From an uncultured SAR86 cluster bacterium (GTDB lineage: Bacteria > Pseudomonadota > Gammaproteobacteria > Magnimaribacterales > D2472): a stretch of 64,000 nucleotides of DNA. The notes below the pieces were generated by a model, which did not search any database, was not told where the DNA came from, and saw only the letters and a list, made by a program, of their open reading frames with translations. Shown here piece by piece: positions 31,861-41,400 of the stretch. A program made the translations under genes and the position numbers. Location of the stretch: NCBI GenBank assembly GCA_943789005.1, contig CALSSL010000001.1, positions 192,511 to 256,510 on the forward strand, written 5' to 3'. How positions within the stretch are numbered: the first letter of the stretch is position 1; every line of letters starts with the position of its first letter.

Positions 31861-33332
31861 GTCTTTTCTTTATTTTTAAAAAAGTAAGCCATGATAATCA
31901 AGGCTAATGCAATTACTGCATAGTATTGAATCATAAAAGTAAAAATGGGCTGAACTGAACTCAATCCATCAACAGTCGCATCACCACCAAGAAGACCTGC
32001 AAGAACTCCGCCAATTGCTGATGCTAAGAACCATAAACCAAACATTTGGCCCATATATCTTTTTGGTGAATACTTAGAGAAGGCTGATAAACCGATCGGA
32101 GATAAGGCTAACTCTCCCCATGTTTGGAGCAAGTAAGTTAATAGCAGCCATCTCATTCCCACTGGTGCAGTAACCATCGCCAATTTAACAGCATAAACCA
32201 TAACAATAAAACTTAGAGCCATAAAAATCAGACCAATAGCAAATTTTATAGGTAATGAGGGATCTAAATTGATTCTTGCCAAATGGGCCCATATACCAGC
32301 AAATATTGGAGCAAAAGTAACAACGAAGATTGGATTGGCAAATTGAAGCCAGCCAATTGGAATTATAAATCCACCAATTGATAAATCGGTGTAATCTCTA
32401 GCAAAAATACTCAATGAGCTCGCAGATTGATCAAAGCCAGACCAAAATGCTGCTGCACCAATAAATAATACAAAAAGTAATAATAAATTCTTCTTTTCAA
32501 CATTCGTCAGGCCTGCAAAACCATATAAATATAAAAAATAGGCACCCGCTACTATTGTTAAAAAGTATGCAAAATTTTCAGCAAAAACTCTTGGATCTAC
32601 TGTAATAAAACCTAGCAACCCAGCACCAATTACTGTGAACATAGTAATTAAGCTTATTTTTGTCCATTTAATAAGATTCGATCTTTTTTCATCTGACATT
32701 TCATTAGGTTTTTGTCCAGCATCTTCAAGTAAATGTCTGAACTTAATATATTGGTATACGCCAAAAGTCATACCTATTCCAGCAGCTCCAAAGCCATAAT
32801 GCCACCCAATTTTCTCGCCTAAATATGAGCAAATTAGAAACCCTAGCGTAGAGCCAATATTAATTGACATGTAAAAAATTGTATAACCTGAGTCTCTTCT
32901 TTCATCATTTTCTCTATACAAATTACCAACTATTGTTGAAATATTTCCTTTTAAAAGGCCTGTTCCAAGCACCACAAACATTAACCCTAAAAAGAAAGTT
33001 TGTTCTAATGGGATTGCTAAAGTGAAATGACCTAATGCGATAATAATTGCACCTATCAATACTGCTTTTTGATGCCCCAAGATATTGTCAGCAATCCAGC
33101 CTCCTGGAACTACCATAAAATAAACCATACCAACATAAATTCCATATATCGCATTAGCATTTATTGCAGAAAGACCCATTCCAGGATTAAAACCAGTTAT
33201 TGCTCCGGTCATATACAAAACAAGAAGAGCTCTCATTCCATAGTAAGACATCCTTTCCCACATTTCAGTAAGAAATAGTGTTCTCAATCCAATCGGGTGA
33301 CCAAAAAATGCTGTATCTTTATTCATAATCAT
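31857..33332 (-). CDS. Proton-dependent oligopeptide transporter (POT/PTR family, MFS)
   Basis: FFGHPIGL...EMWERMSYYGMR (ExxER motif), FYMSINIGS PTR2-like motif, GELALSPIGLS, many TM helices. Confidence 0.93.
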   Translation of the reverse strand: MIMNKDTAFFGHPIGLRTLFLTEMWERMSYYGMRALLVLYMTGAITGFNPGMGLSAINANAIYGIYVGMVYFMVVPGGWIADNILGHQKAVLIGAIIIALGHFTLAIPLEQTFFLGLMFVVLGTGLLKGNISTIVGNLYRENDERRDSGYTIFYMSINIGSTLGFLICSYLGEKIGWHYGFGAAGIGMTFGVYQYIKFRHLLEDAGQKPNEMSDEKRSNLIKWTKISLITMFTVIGAGLLGFITVDPRVFAENFAYFLTIVAGAYFLYLYGFAGLTNVEKKNLLLLFVLFIGAAAFWSGFDQSASSLSIFARDYTDLSIGGFIIPIGWLQFANPIFVVTFAPIFAGIWAHLARINLDPSLPIKFAIGLIFMALSFIVMVYAVKLAMVTAPVGMRWLLLTYLLQTWGELALSPIGLSAFSKYSPKRYMGQMFGLWFLASAIGGVLAGLLGGDATVDGLSSVQPIFTFMIQYYAVIALALIIMAYFFKNKEKT

Positions 33333-33367
33333 GTATTTTGTAATTTGTTTTTATTACTATAAACAAA

Positions 33368-33778
33368 ATGAATCAAAAATCATATAAAGTCTTTCCTTTA
33401 AAAAGAATTGCTGCAAGCATCTATGACCTTTTTCTTCTTTTAGGCGTTTGGTTTTCGGTTGGATCAATTGCCTTATTGCTCAATGGAGGAGAAATATTAA
33501 ATCCGTGGCTAGGCCTTGCTATTGTTTTTATTAGTAGTTGGTGTTTTTATGCTTATTTTTGGATGAATGGAAATAAAACTCTAGGAATGGCGGTTTGGAA
33601 TATAGAAATTTTCAGTACTGAAGGAAGTAAAGTCAATCTTAAGCAAGTAACAATAAGATTTATAGTAAATATATTGATTTTTACTTTAGCTGGAATACCC
33701 CTCTTACAGATTTATTTTTCTTCTAATGGATATTCGATAAATGACATCTTATCTAAGACATCACTAAGATCTATTTAA
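33368..33778 (+). CDS. RDD family membrane protein
   Basis: KRIAASIYD, KTLGMAVWNI, R..V; the usual neighbour of lptG in gammaproteobacteria. Confidence 0.85.
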   Translation: MNQKSYKVFPLKRIAASIYDLFLLLGVWFSVGSIALLLNGGEILNPWLGLAIVFISSWCFYAYFWMNGNKTLGMAVWNIEIFSTEGSKVNLKQVTIRFIVNILIFTLAGIPLLQIYFSSNGYSINDILSKTSLRSI

Positions 33779-34824
33779 ATCTTTCTGTATAAAAAAATGC
33801 TTGAAATGAGTAGCATCAATGCTGGTGCTATAACCCCTACTAGAACAGAATAATTTATTGAGATAGCAAGGCTTATTGAAAAGTCTTGAATAACTTTATA
33901 GATAAATGCCCCTATAACTGAAAGCACAATCCTAGATGCTGGCGATGTTTCTCGTAAAGAGCCAAATATAAATGAACCAAAAAAAATAATTAATGACAAG
34001 ATTGATAAAGGCTGAAAAATCTTTTTATAGAAAGATTTTTCGAGATGAGATTTAAATAAAATATCTTTTTTTACTGAGCTATTTTGGAGCAAGTTTTTGC
34101 TAAAAATCAATTCAGAAAATTTAAGCCTTTCAATGGCTTTGAGGGGTATAGATGCACCTAATGGAAATTTAAAAGGTTCTGAATAATCCAAGGTGTTTTC
34201 ATTATTAAATCCATAAGACGTCATTGTTCTATCAAAAATAATTACATCGTCTGCAATGTTGGCTGATTCAGACGTTTTGTAATAAAGTGTATTGTTGGAA
34301 TCTGATTTTAGAAATTTAACATTATAGATAGTGTTGCCGACCTTGTCTGAAAAATTTATAAAGGAATTTTTATCTTTAATCCATTGGTTATTTCCTTGAA
34401 TGCTCGACTGATCATCAATTTTTAAATTCTTTTCTATCTCTGCATTAATATGAATATCTCTGAATACCAATTCATTTGCTGATAAGTAAGAAAAAACTAA
34501 AATCATTGGTCCTATGGCATTTATAAAAACTATCTTGATTGGCGATTCTCCGCTAGATCTAAGTACATTTAAATTACCTTCTTGGTGCGATATTCCTAAA
34601 GCAATCATTACTCCAAGCAAGCAAGCTCCCTCTAAAAAATCATTTGCATTATATGGCATGGAAGCAAGCATAAATTTCAAAGAAGAGAGGAATGAATAGT
34701 TTGTAGAAAGATTCTCTAACTCGGATATGAAATTAAAAACAAAATCTAACAAAGCAAATAATACAAAGATGAAACATGAGATCAATAATGATCTTTTTAT
34801 CATGTACTTATGAAAAATTTTCAT
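33775..34824 (-). CDS. lptG: LPS export ABC transporter permease LptG
   Basis: 3+3 TM layout with periplasmic domain, EGNLNVLRSSG; paired with lptF. Confidence 0.9.
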   Translation of the reverse strand: MKIFHKYMIKRSLLISCFIFVLFALLDFVFNFISELENLSTNYSFLSSLKFMLASMPYNANDFLEGACLLGVMIALGISHQEGNLNVLRSSGESPIKIVFINAIGPMILVFSYLSANELVFRDIHINAEIEKNLKIDDQSSIQGNNQWIKDKNSFINFSDKVGNTIYNVKFLKSDSNNTLYYKTSESANIADDVIIFDRTMTSYGFNNENTLDYSEPFKFPLGASIPLKAIERLKFSELIFSKNLLQNSSVKKDILFKSHLEKSFYKKIFQPLSILSLIIFFGSFIFGSLRETSPASRIVLSVIGAFIYKVIQDFSISLAISINYSVLVGVIAPALMLLISSIFLYRKI

Positions 34825-35958
34825 CTAACTGACAACCCACATCATAAGAATAAACAAACTAAGAGCTAAAACATATTTCATATACAGGCTATCTCTTATT
34901 GCTAGATTTATATTGCCGCTATATGCATATTTATCTTTTAAAAGATAAGCAAATAAAAATAAAATAAAGATTAGATGGACATACCAGAGTCCAAATGAGG
35001 TCTTGGGATTATCAACAATATATTCTCTTCCTAAAATTAATAAACTCAAATACATCACATATAAAAGCATTCCTGGCAATATTACAGAAAATCTTCCCTG
35101 CCTTGGCTTAACCTCTGAAATATAAACCCCAATAAATAAAAGAATTAAGATTGTTATTGGCACTGAAACATTCCATTGAAAGCTAGCAGTATCTGAATCA
35201 GATGAGAAATCAAATAATTTTGTTAGGCTCATATCATTTGTTAAGTTTTTCTCTTTTTTAATATCAAGCTTGAATTCATTAAAATTTAATTGGAGTTTAG
35301 AGGAGTCAGAAAAAACTCCATTATAAATAGAACCATTATTGAAGTTTAGCTTTATGAGTTCTTTGCTTTCAGTAGTAAAAAGCTCGTCAGCAATTACAAA
35401 AAATGAGTTCACTTGATTTTGTTTGAGAGCTTTTACTCCAGTTAAAAGAGTATTATCAGTATTTTGGATATAAATAAATCCTCCATCATTCAAGGAAACT
35501 ATTTCATCTGATTTGATCGATTCAAGCTGTTCTTCAAAAGAGTCTATCTTTAATATTTCTTGAGATAATGTTTTTGTATAAGGAGCTACATATAAACTCA
35601 AAATTAGAGTTAATAGGAAATATAGCAACGCTTGAGGAGCTAAGAATTTTATTAAATCAAAAGGAGCTAAGCCAACAGAAAAGAACCCATAAATTTCTCT
35701 ATCAGCATAAATTCTGCTTATAGAAATTAATACCCCTAAAAAAAAAGAAAGAGGTATTAAAAGGGTTATAAAATCTGGAAATCTTAGAGCAACAACACTC
35801 ATTATAATAGCGGGGTCAAGATTTCCTTCTGCAGCTTGCTCAAAATAACCAACAATCCTGGAGCCCACTACTAAAAGAAAGAATATCAATAAGACACTAC
35901 TTGAGGATTTAAAGACCTCCATATTCAAACTTTTTGAAAGAATATTTTTTTTATACAT
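34825..35958 (-). CDS. lptF: LPS export ABC transporter permease LptF
   Basis: LLIPLSFFLGVL...RIYADREI, PRQGRF; divergent from pepA; likely start MYKKNIL at 35958. Confidence 0.9.
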   Translation of the reverse strand: MYKKNILSKSLNMEVFKSSSSVLLIFFLLVVGSRIVGYFEQAAEGNLDPAIIMSVVALRFPDFITLLIPLSFFLGVLISISRIYADREIYGFFSVGLAPFDLIKFLAPQALLYFLLTLILSLYVAPYTKTLSQEILKIDSFEEQLESIKSDEIVSLNDGGFIYIQNTDNTLLTGVKALKQNQVNSFFVIADELFTTESKELIKLNFNNGSIYNGVFSDSSKLQLNFNEFKLDIKKEKNLTNDMSLTKLFDFSSDSDTASFQWNVSVPITILILLFIGVYISEVKPRQGRFSVILPGMLLYVMYLSLLILGREYIVDNPKTSFGLWYVHLIFILFLFAYLLKDKYAYSGNINLAIRDSLYMKYVLALSLFILMMWVVS

Positions 35959-36024
35959 GCCTTGAGAACTATGATGCATTACAATATTTATCTTATCAGT
36001 AAATACCATAACAGGAGAACTTAA

Positions 36025-37542
36025 ATGGCGTATAAAGTTTTAAATAATGTTTCAGTAAAAGATACTGAATCTAATAGTCTGGCTTCATTAAAAACAGATA
36101 TGTTGGTTATTGTTATCAACAAAAATACAAAGAGTGATTCATCTTTTAAAGAATTAAATAAAATTTCAAAAAATTATATTTCTAAAACAATCTCGTCTCA
36201 TTTAAAAGATGTTGGTAGCAGTATCCTACTTCCTAAGATTGATGGTATTAATGCTGAGAATTTATTCCTCGTTAATGGGCTAGACTCATCAACTCCAACT
36301 CATAAATGGTTAAGTGCTTATCAATCAATTGCAAAAAAAGGTAATAGTCTTAAGTGCAAAGATATTTCTATAATGCCTGGTAAGGTAAGCCCTTCTCAAA
36401 AAGATGAGTTTTGGTTGATAGAAACGGTTGCAAAAACAATTGAATCAAGTGTTTATATTTTTTCTGAAACGAAAAATAAAACTGCTACAAAACCAACAGT
36501 AAAAAAATTAACTATATTGACCTCTGGTCTTAGTGGATCAGATCTAACTAAAGCAAAACAATCAGCTAAAACTGGATATGCTATTGGTGAGGGTGTTAAT
36601 ACTGCAAAATATCTTGGTGACCTTCCTGCAAATCATTGCACTCCAAGAATAATAGAGAAAAAAGTTAAAGCTATGACAAAAGACTTTCCAAATTTAAAGG
36701 TTAAGTCTTTTAATGAGCAGCAAATGCAAAAAATGGGAATGGGTTCGTTCTTGAGCGTTTCTAGAGGCAGTGAAGAACCAGCAAGAATGATGGTCATTGA
36801 ATACAAGGGTGGCAAAGCTAATGAAAAACCAATTGCGCTAGTCGGTAAAGGCGTTACTTTTGATACAGGAGGAGTTTCAATAAAACCAAGTCCTGCTATG
36901 GATGAGATGAAATGGGATATGTGTGGTGCTGCAACTGTATTTGGAGTTATGTCTACCCTAGCGAGATTAAATGCAGATGTTAATGTGGTTGGTGTCATGG
37001 GTTGTGCTGAAAACATGTGTTCTTCTAAAGCCACAAAGCCTGGAGATGTTGTAACATCAATGTCAGGTCAAACTATAGAAATTCTAAATACTGATGCTGA
37101 AGGTAGGTTAATTCTTGCTGATTGTCTTACCTTTGTTGGTAAATATAAACCATCCTATGTAATTGATATGGCTACTCTTACAGGAGCCGTTGTAGTTGCT
37201 TTGGGAAGACATGCCAGCGGTGTGATGGCTAATGATCAACATTTAGCAGAAAAGATTATTGAAGCTGGTGAAGAGTCAGGAGATAGAGCATGGCAACTGC
37301 CATTATGGGATGAGCATCAGTCGTGTACAAAAACTAAATATGCTGATTTAGCCAATATTGGTGGAGGTAGAGAAGCAGGCACTATTCATGCTGCTGCATT
37401 CTTATCAAAGTTCACGAATGATTATAAATGGGCTCATATTGATATTGCTGCTACAGCTTCGTATAGCACTCCTGTTAAAGCTGGAACTGGAAGACCGGTA
37501 CCACTTATAAGTCAATTACTTCTTAGTAAGAAATTAAAATAA
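36025..37542 (+). CDS. pepA: Leucyl aminopeptidase (M17)
   Basis: VGKGVTFDTGG, MKWDMCG, NTDAEGRL, ATLTGA. Confidence 0.96.
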   Translation: MAYKVLNNVSVKDTESNSLASLKTDMLVIVINKNTKSDSSFKELNKISKNYISKTISSHLKDVGSSILLPKIDGINAENLFLVNGLDSSTPTHKWLSAYQSIAKKGNSLKCKDISIMPGKVSPSQKDEFWLIETVAKTIESSVYIFSETKNKTATKPTVKKLTILTSGLSGSDLTKAKQSAKTGYAIGEGVNTAKYLGDLPANHCTPRIIEKKVKAMTKDFPNLKVKSFNEQQMQKMGMGSFLSVSRGSEEPARMMVIEYKGGKANEKPIALVGKGVTFDTGGVSIKPSPAMDEMKWDMCGAATVFGVMSTLARLNADVNVVGVMGCAENMCSSKATKPGDVVTSMSGQTIEILNTDAEGRLILADCLTFVGKYKPSYVIDMATLTGAVVVALGRHASGVMANDQHLAEKIIEAGEESGDRAWQLPLWDEHQSCTKTKYADLANIGGGREAGTIHAAAFLSKFTNDYKWAHIDIAATASYSTPVKAGTGRPVPLISQLLLSKKLK

Positions 37543-37560
37543 TTTTAATCAAGCTTCCTC

Positions 37561-39786
37561 ATGGATAAACAGTATTACCCTGTAGAAATTGAAGAAAAAT
37601 GGTCCAAGATATGGTCCGAAAGGGTTATTTCAAATAAAGATTCTGACATTTCTTTTTCTCAGGTAATACCGCCTCCAAATGTTACTGGCACTCTTCATAT
37701 GGGCCATAGTTTCCAATATGCAATTATGGATTTCTATACAAGATATCATCACATGTCTGGAAAAGATGCTCATTGGCAAGTTGGCGCTGATCATGCGGGC
37801 ATAGCAACTCAGATGGTTGTAGAAAATAATCTTGCAAAAAATGATGTAACAAGATTAGAGCTGGGAAGAGAGAAATTTCTTGATGAGGTCTGGTCGTGGA
37901 AAGATTACTCAGAAGAGAAAATTACCTCACAGATTAAAAGACTTGGATGCTCTGTGGACTGGAATAAATATAGATTTACCTTAGATGATGGTTGCAATGA
38001 AGCGGTTATAAAAGCTTTTGTTGAATTGCATAGAAAAAATAAAATCTATAGAGGCTATAGACTAGTGAATTGGGATCCATCACTTAAAACTGCTGTTTCA
38101 GATCTTGAAGTAATAAGACAAGAGAAAGACGGTCTTCTTTGGCATATTAAATATCCAATTGAAGATTCGGATGACTTTGTAATAGTGGCTACAACTCGAC
38201 CTGAAACTATGTTTGGAGACATGGCAGTTGCTGTTAATCCCAATGATGATAGATATAAAAATCTTATTGGTAAAAATATTGTTCTACCTTTTGTAGGAAG
38301 AAAGATACCTATTTTAGCTGATGAGTATGTGGATATGGAGTTTGGAACTGGTTGTTTAAAAATTACTCCAGGCCATGATTTTAACGATTACGAAATAGGT
38401 AAAAAATATTCACTTCATGAAGTAGAAGGTCAGGTAAAGACTTCAGATAATGCAAGTGACTTTGAGCCTATTAATATATTTAATGAGGATGCATGGTCGA
38501 ATGAAAATGTACCAGAGCCATTTTCAAATCTCGATCGTTTTAAAGTTAGAAAGGCTGTATTAGAGAAGCTCAAAGAACTAAATCTTCTTGATAGAGAAGA
38601 AAAACATCATATCAGCGTGCCTAGAGGCGAAAGATCTAATATTGTTATTGAGCCTAGATTAAGTTATCAATGGTATGTCAAAACTGAGGAAATGGCAGCA
38701 AGAGCTAATGAGGCTGTTAACAAGGGAGAAATAAAATTTCATCCTGGCAATTGGGTTAAAACATATTTTAATTGGATGAACAATATTGAGGACTGGTGCA
38801 TTAGTAGGCAAATATGGTGGGGTCACAGAATCCCAGCATGGTATGACTCAGAAAATAATGTTTACGTTGGTCACAGTGAGGAAGAAGTCAGACAATTTTA
38901 TCAACTTGACGATAGAAAACTCTCACAGGATGAAGACGTTCTAGATACTTGGTTTTCATCAAGTTTATGGCCGTTTGCATCTTTGGGATGGCCAAAAAAA
39001 ACTGAAGATTTTGAAAAGCATTTTCCAACCTCTTTGCTGGTTACTGGGTTTGATATTATATTTTTCTGGGTCGCTAGAATGATGATGATGAGTATTGAGT
39101 TTACTGATCAAATCCCTTTTAAAGACGTCTATGTTACAGGCCTTATAAGAGATGAAAATGGGCAAAAAATGTCGAAATCCAAAGGTAATGTTATTGATCC
39201 ATTAGATTTAATTTATGGTATTTCTCAAGACGATTTGGTTAAAAAAAGAACCTCTAATCTTATGCAAGAAGGTATTGCACAAAAGATTGAAAAGAAGACA
39301 AGGAATCAATTTCCAAAAGGTATTGATTCGTACGGAACAGATGCTCTGAGAATGACGTTTTATTCACTAGCAACGCACACTAAAGATATAAGCTTTGAAA
39401 TGGGTAGACTTAAAGGATACAGAAACTTCTGCACTAAAGTTTGGAATGCAGCAAGATTTATTAATGGCTACTCAGCTGGAAATGATTCATTTCAATCAGC
39501 AAATAAAACCGATGAGTGGATATACGAAGAATTTCAAAAATCAAAAAAACAAATTGAGAGAAACATTAAAGACTATAGATTGGACTATGCTATTAACGAA
39601 GTTTATGAGTTTTTCTGGAGTAAGTTTTGTGATGTCTATATCGAAGAATGTAAAAAAAGTGAAGAGACAAACAATCTAAGACCTCTTCTAAAAGAAATAC
39701 TAGTCATGATGCACCCTTTTGCTCCATTTATAACTGAAGAAATTCATACTATACTATTTAATAACTCTATTATTAGCACTAGTTGA
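37561..39786 (+). CDS. valS: Valine--tRNA ligase, short (lacks the C-terminal coiled-coil arm)
   Basis: PPPNVTGTLHMGH, DHAGIATQ, ATTRPET, WCISRQIWWGHRIP, KMSKSKGN; ends about 15 aa after HPFAPFITEE. Confidence 0.96.
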   Translation: MDKQYYPVEIEEKWSKIWSERVISNKDSDISFSQVIPPPNVTGTLHMGHSFQYAIMDFYTRYHHMSGKDAHWQVGADHAGIATQMVVENNLAKNDVTRLELGREKFLDEVWSWKDYSEEKITSQIKRLGCSVDWNKYRFTLDDGCNEAVIKAFVELHRKNKIYRGYRLVNWDPSLKTAVSDLEVIRQEKDGLLWHIKYPIEDSDDFVIVATTRPETMFGDMAVAVNPNDDRYKNLIGKNIVLPFVGRKIPILADEYVDMEFGTGCLKITPGHDFNDYEIGKKYSLHEVEGQVKTSDNASDFEPINIFNEDAWSNENVPEPFSNLDRFKVRKAVLEKLKELNLLDREEKHHISVPRGERSNIVIEPRLSYQWYVKTEEMAARANEAVNKGEIKFHPGNWVKTYFNWMNNIEDWCISRQIWWGHRIPAWYDSENNVYVGHSEEEVRQFYQLDDRKLSQDEDVLDTWFSSSLWPFASLGWPKKTEDFEKHFPTSLLVTGFDIIFFWVARMMMMSIEFTDQIPFKDVYVTGLIRDENGQKMSKSKGNVIDPLDLIYGISQDDLVKKRTSNLMQEGIAQKIEKKTRNQFPKGIDSYGTDALRMTFYSLATHTKDISFEMGRLKGYRNFCTKVWNAARFINGYSAGNDSFQSANKTDEWIYEEFQKSKKQIERNIKDYRLDYAINEVYEFFWSKFCDVYIEECKKSEETNNLRPLLKEILVMMHPFAPFITEEIHTILFNNSIISTS

Positions 39787-39835
39787 GATGCGCCTTTACT
39801 TCATTTATAAATGAAAGAATTTATACATTATTATT

Positions 39836-40306
39836 TTAACTTGTTTGATTGGGAAGAATATACATCTGGATATGATCAATATCATCTTCTAGATAAACCT
39901 CTCCTCTAGCTGTAAATCCAATATCAATATAAAATTGTTCTAGTCTATGTTGGGCTGAAATAACAATTTCATGATTGGGAAACTTTCTTGATAAAAAGTT
40001 TACTCCCTCTTTTGTTATCTCTTTTCCAATACCGAGGCCTCTAGAATTTACTTCTGTGACGATTCTCCCTAGTGAAGATCCTTCATATTTTACTCCAGGT
40101 TTAAAAGCTCTAAGGTACCCAATCAAGTCATTATTTTTATATACCAGTAAATGAAATGCATCTTGGTCAGTGTAATCAGCGTCTATGTATGGGCAATCTT
40201 GCTCAACAATAAATACTTTTTGTCTTAAATGAATCATTGCATAGAGCTCATCAGAAGATAGCTCATCAAATGGTTTCCAAATATAATTAATTTCTGTGTT
40301 TGTCAT
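39836..40306 (-). CDS. elaA: ElaA-like GNAT N-acetyltransferase
   Basis: LYAMIHLRQKVFIVEQDCPY.DAD, LGRIV, SAQHRLEQFY, YLEDDIDHI. Confidence 0.88.
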   Translation of the reverse strand: MTNTEINYIWKPFDELSSDELYAMIHLRQKVFIVEQDCPYIDADYTDQDAFHLLVYKNNDLIGYLRAFKPGVKYEGSSLGRIVTEVNSRGLGIGKEITKEGVNFLSRKFPNHEIVISAQHRLEQFYIDIGFTARGEVYLEDDIDHIQMYILPNQTS

Positions 40307-40425
40307 AACTTTTAATTATATAGATGCTTTAAGGTTAGGTCATTTTTAAGATTTGTATCTCTTTTTTGTATATAATCATATTTTTTTAAAGACATATTTT
40401 TAATCTAAAACACAGGAACCCAAAA

Positions 40426-40908
40426 ATGAAAACAGTTTATGACTTTAATGTTAAAGATGCAGATTTAAATGAAGTATCTCTTGGTGAATATCAAGACAAG
40501 GTTCTTTTAGTTGTTAATGTTGCTAGTCAATGCGGGCTTACACCACAATATAAAGGTCTTCAGGAATTATATGAAAAATATAATTCTAATGGTTTTGAGA
40601 TTCTTGGGTTTCCTTGTAACCAATTCAAAGGTCAAGAACCTGGTACAAATGAAGAAATTCAATTCTTTTGTACCGAAAAATATAATGTGAGTTTTAAAAT
40701 TTTTGATAAGATTAATGTTAATGGTCCAAATACTGATCCCTTTTATGATTTTCTTAAAAATGAGCAACCTGGTGTTCTTGGTACAAAGAATATCAAATGG
40801 AATTTTTCAAAATTTTTGGTTGATAAGGACGGGAAAGTCATTAAAAGATATTCCCCAACTACTAAGCCAGAAGACATTGAGTCAGAGATCCAAAACCTTC
40901 TAAGCTAA
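40426..40908 (+). CDS. Glutathione peroxidase family protein (Cys type, probably thioredoxin-dependent)
   Basis: NVASQCGLTPQY, GFPCNQF, a third Cys in FFCTEKY, WNFSKF. Confidence 0.95.
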   Translation: MKTVYDFNVKDADLNEVSLGEYQDKVLLVVNVASQCGLTPQYKGLQELYEKYNSNGFEILGFPCNQFKGQEPGTNEEIQFFCTEKYNVSFKIFDKINVNGPNTDPFYDFLKNEQPGVLGTKNIKWNFSKFLVDKDGKVIKRYSPTTKPEDIESEIQNLLS

Positions 40909-40914
40909 TTATTA

Positions 40915-41400
40915 ATGGATATATCCTTCATTGGCTGGATTCATACTTTAATAGCTCTTGTAGCAATAGGCTCTGGTGGATATTCTTTAAAAAAGCATAC
41001 AATCATAGAGACAAAAAATTTTTCAGCCAAAGTGTTTGTTGTTACCACCGTCATTGCTGCGTTAACTGCCCTATTGATATATAAACGTGGTTTTGGTGTA
41101 GGACACTTGTTAGCAATAGTTACACTATTAGCTGTAATATTTGGATACATTAATGAAAAAGGCCTGTTTTTCGGATTCCTTGCCCCCTACTTCCAAACCA
41201 TCAGCTATTCTGCGCTATTTTTATTTCATATGATTCCAGGTGCAACCGAAGTATTAAGAAGGTTTCCTCCAGGCGATCCAGTTGTTATTGATTCCAATGT
41301 CGATCATCCAATTTTGATTAGCTTTTACATAACATTTTTTATCTCATATCTTATAATTACAACAAATCAAATTATGTGGTTAAAAAAAAGAGGTGGTTAA
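40915..41400 (+). CDS. Hypothetical integral membrane protein with His residues in TM helices (DUF2306-like, uncertain)
   Basis: About 4-5 hydrophobic helices; motifs WIHT, GVGHLL, LFHMIPG; starts 6 bp after the peroxidase stop. Confidence 0.7.
   Translation: MDISFIGWIHTLIALVAIGSGGYSLKKHTIIETKNFSAKVFVVTTVIAALTALLIYKRGFGVGHLLAIVTLLAVIFGYINEKGLFFGFLAPYFQTISYSALFLFHMIPGATEVLRRFPPGDPVVIDSNVDHPILISFYITFFISYLIITTNQIMWLKKRGG

Noticed and set aside
39784-39815. TGA read-through or recoding to extend ValS
   Set aside because: Read-through adds only about 8 codons before TAA. Trp is encoded by TGG and TGA serves as a normal stop elsewhere (for example ispE), so code 11 holds.
39800-39815. Perfect 16-bp palindrome TTCATTTATAAATGAA between valS and elaA
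   Set aside because: Almost all A/T, with no loop or clear U-tract; at most a weak terminator and plausible by chance.
40500-40560. Selenocysteine in the glutathione peroxidase
   Set aside because: The active-site codon is TGC (Cys) and the frame is open.
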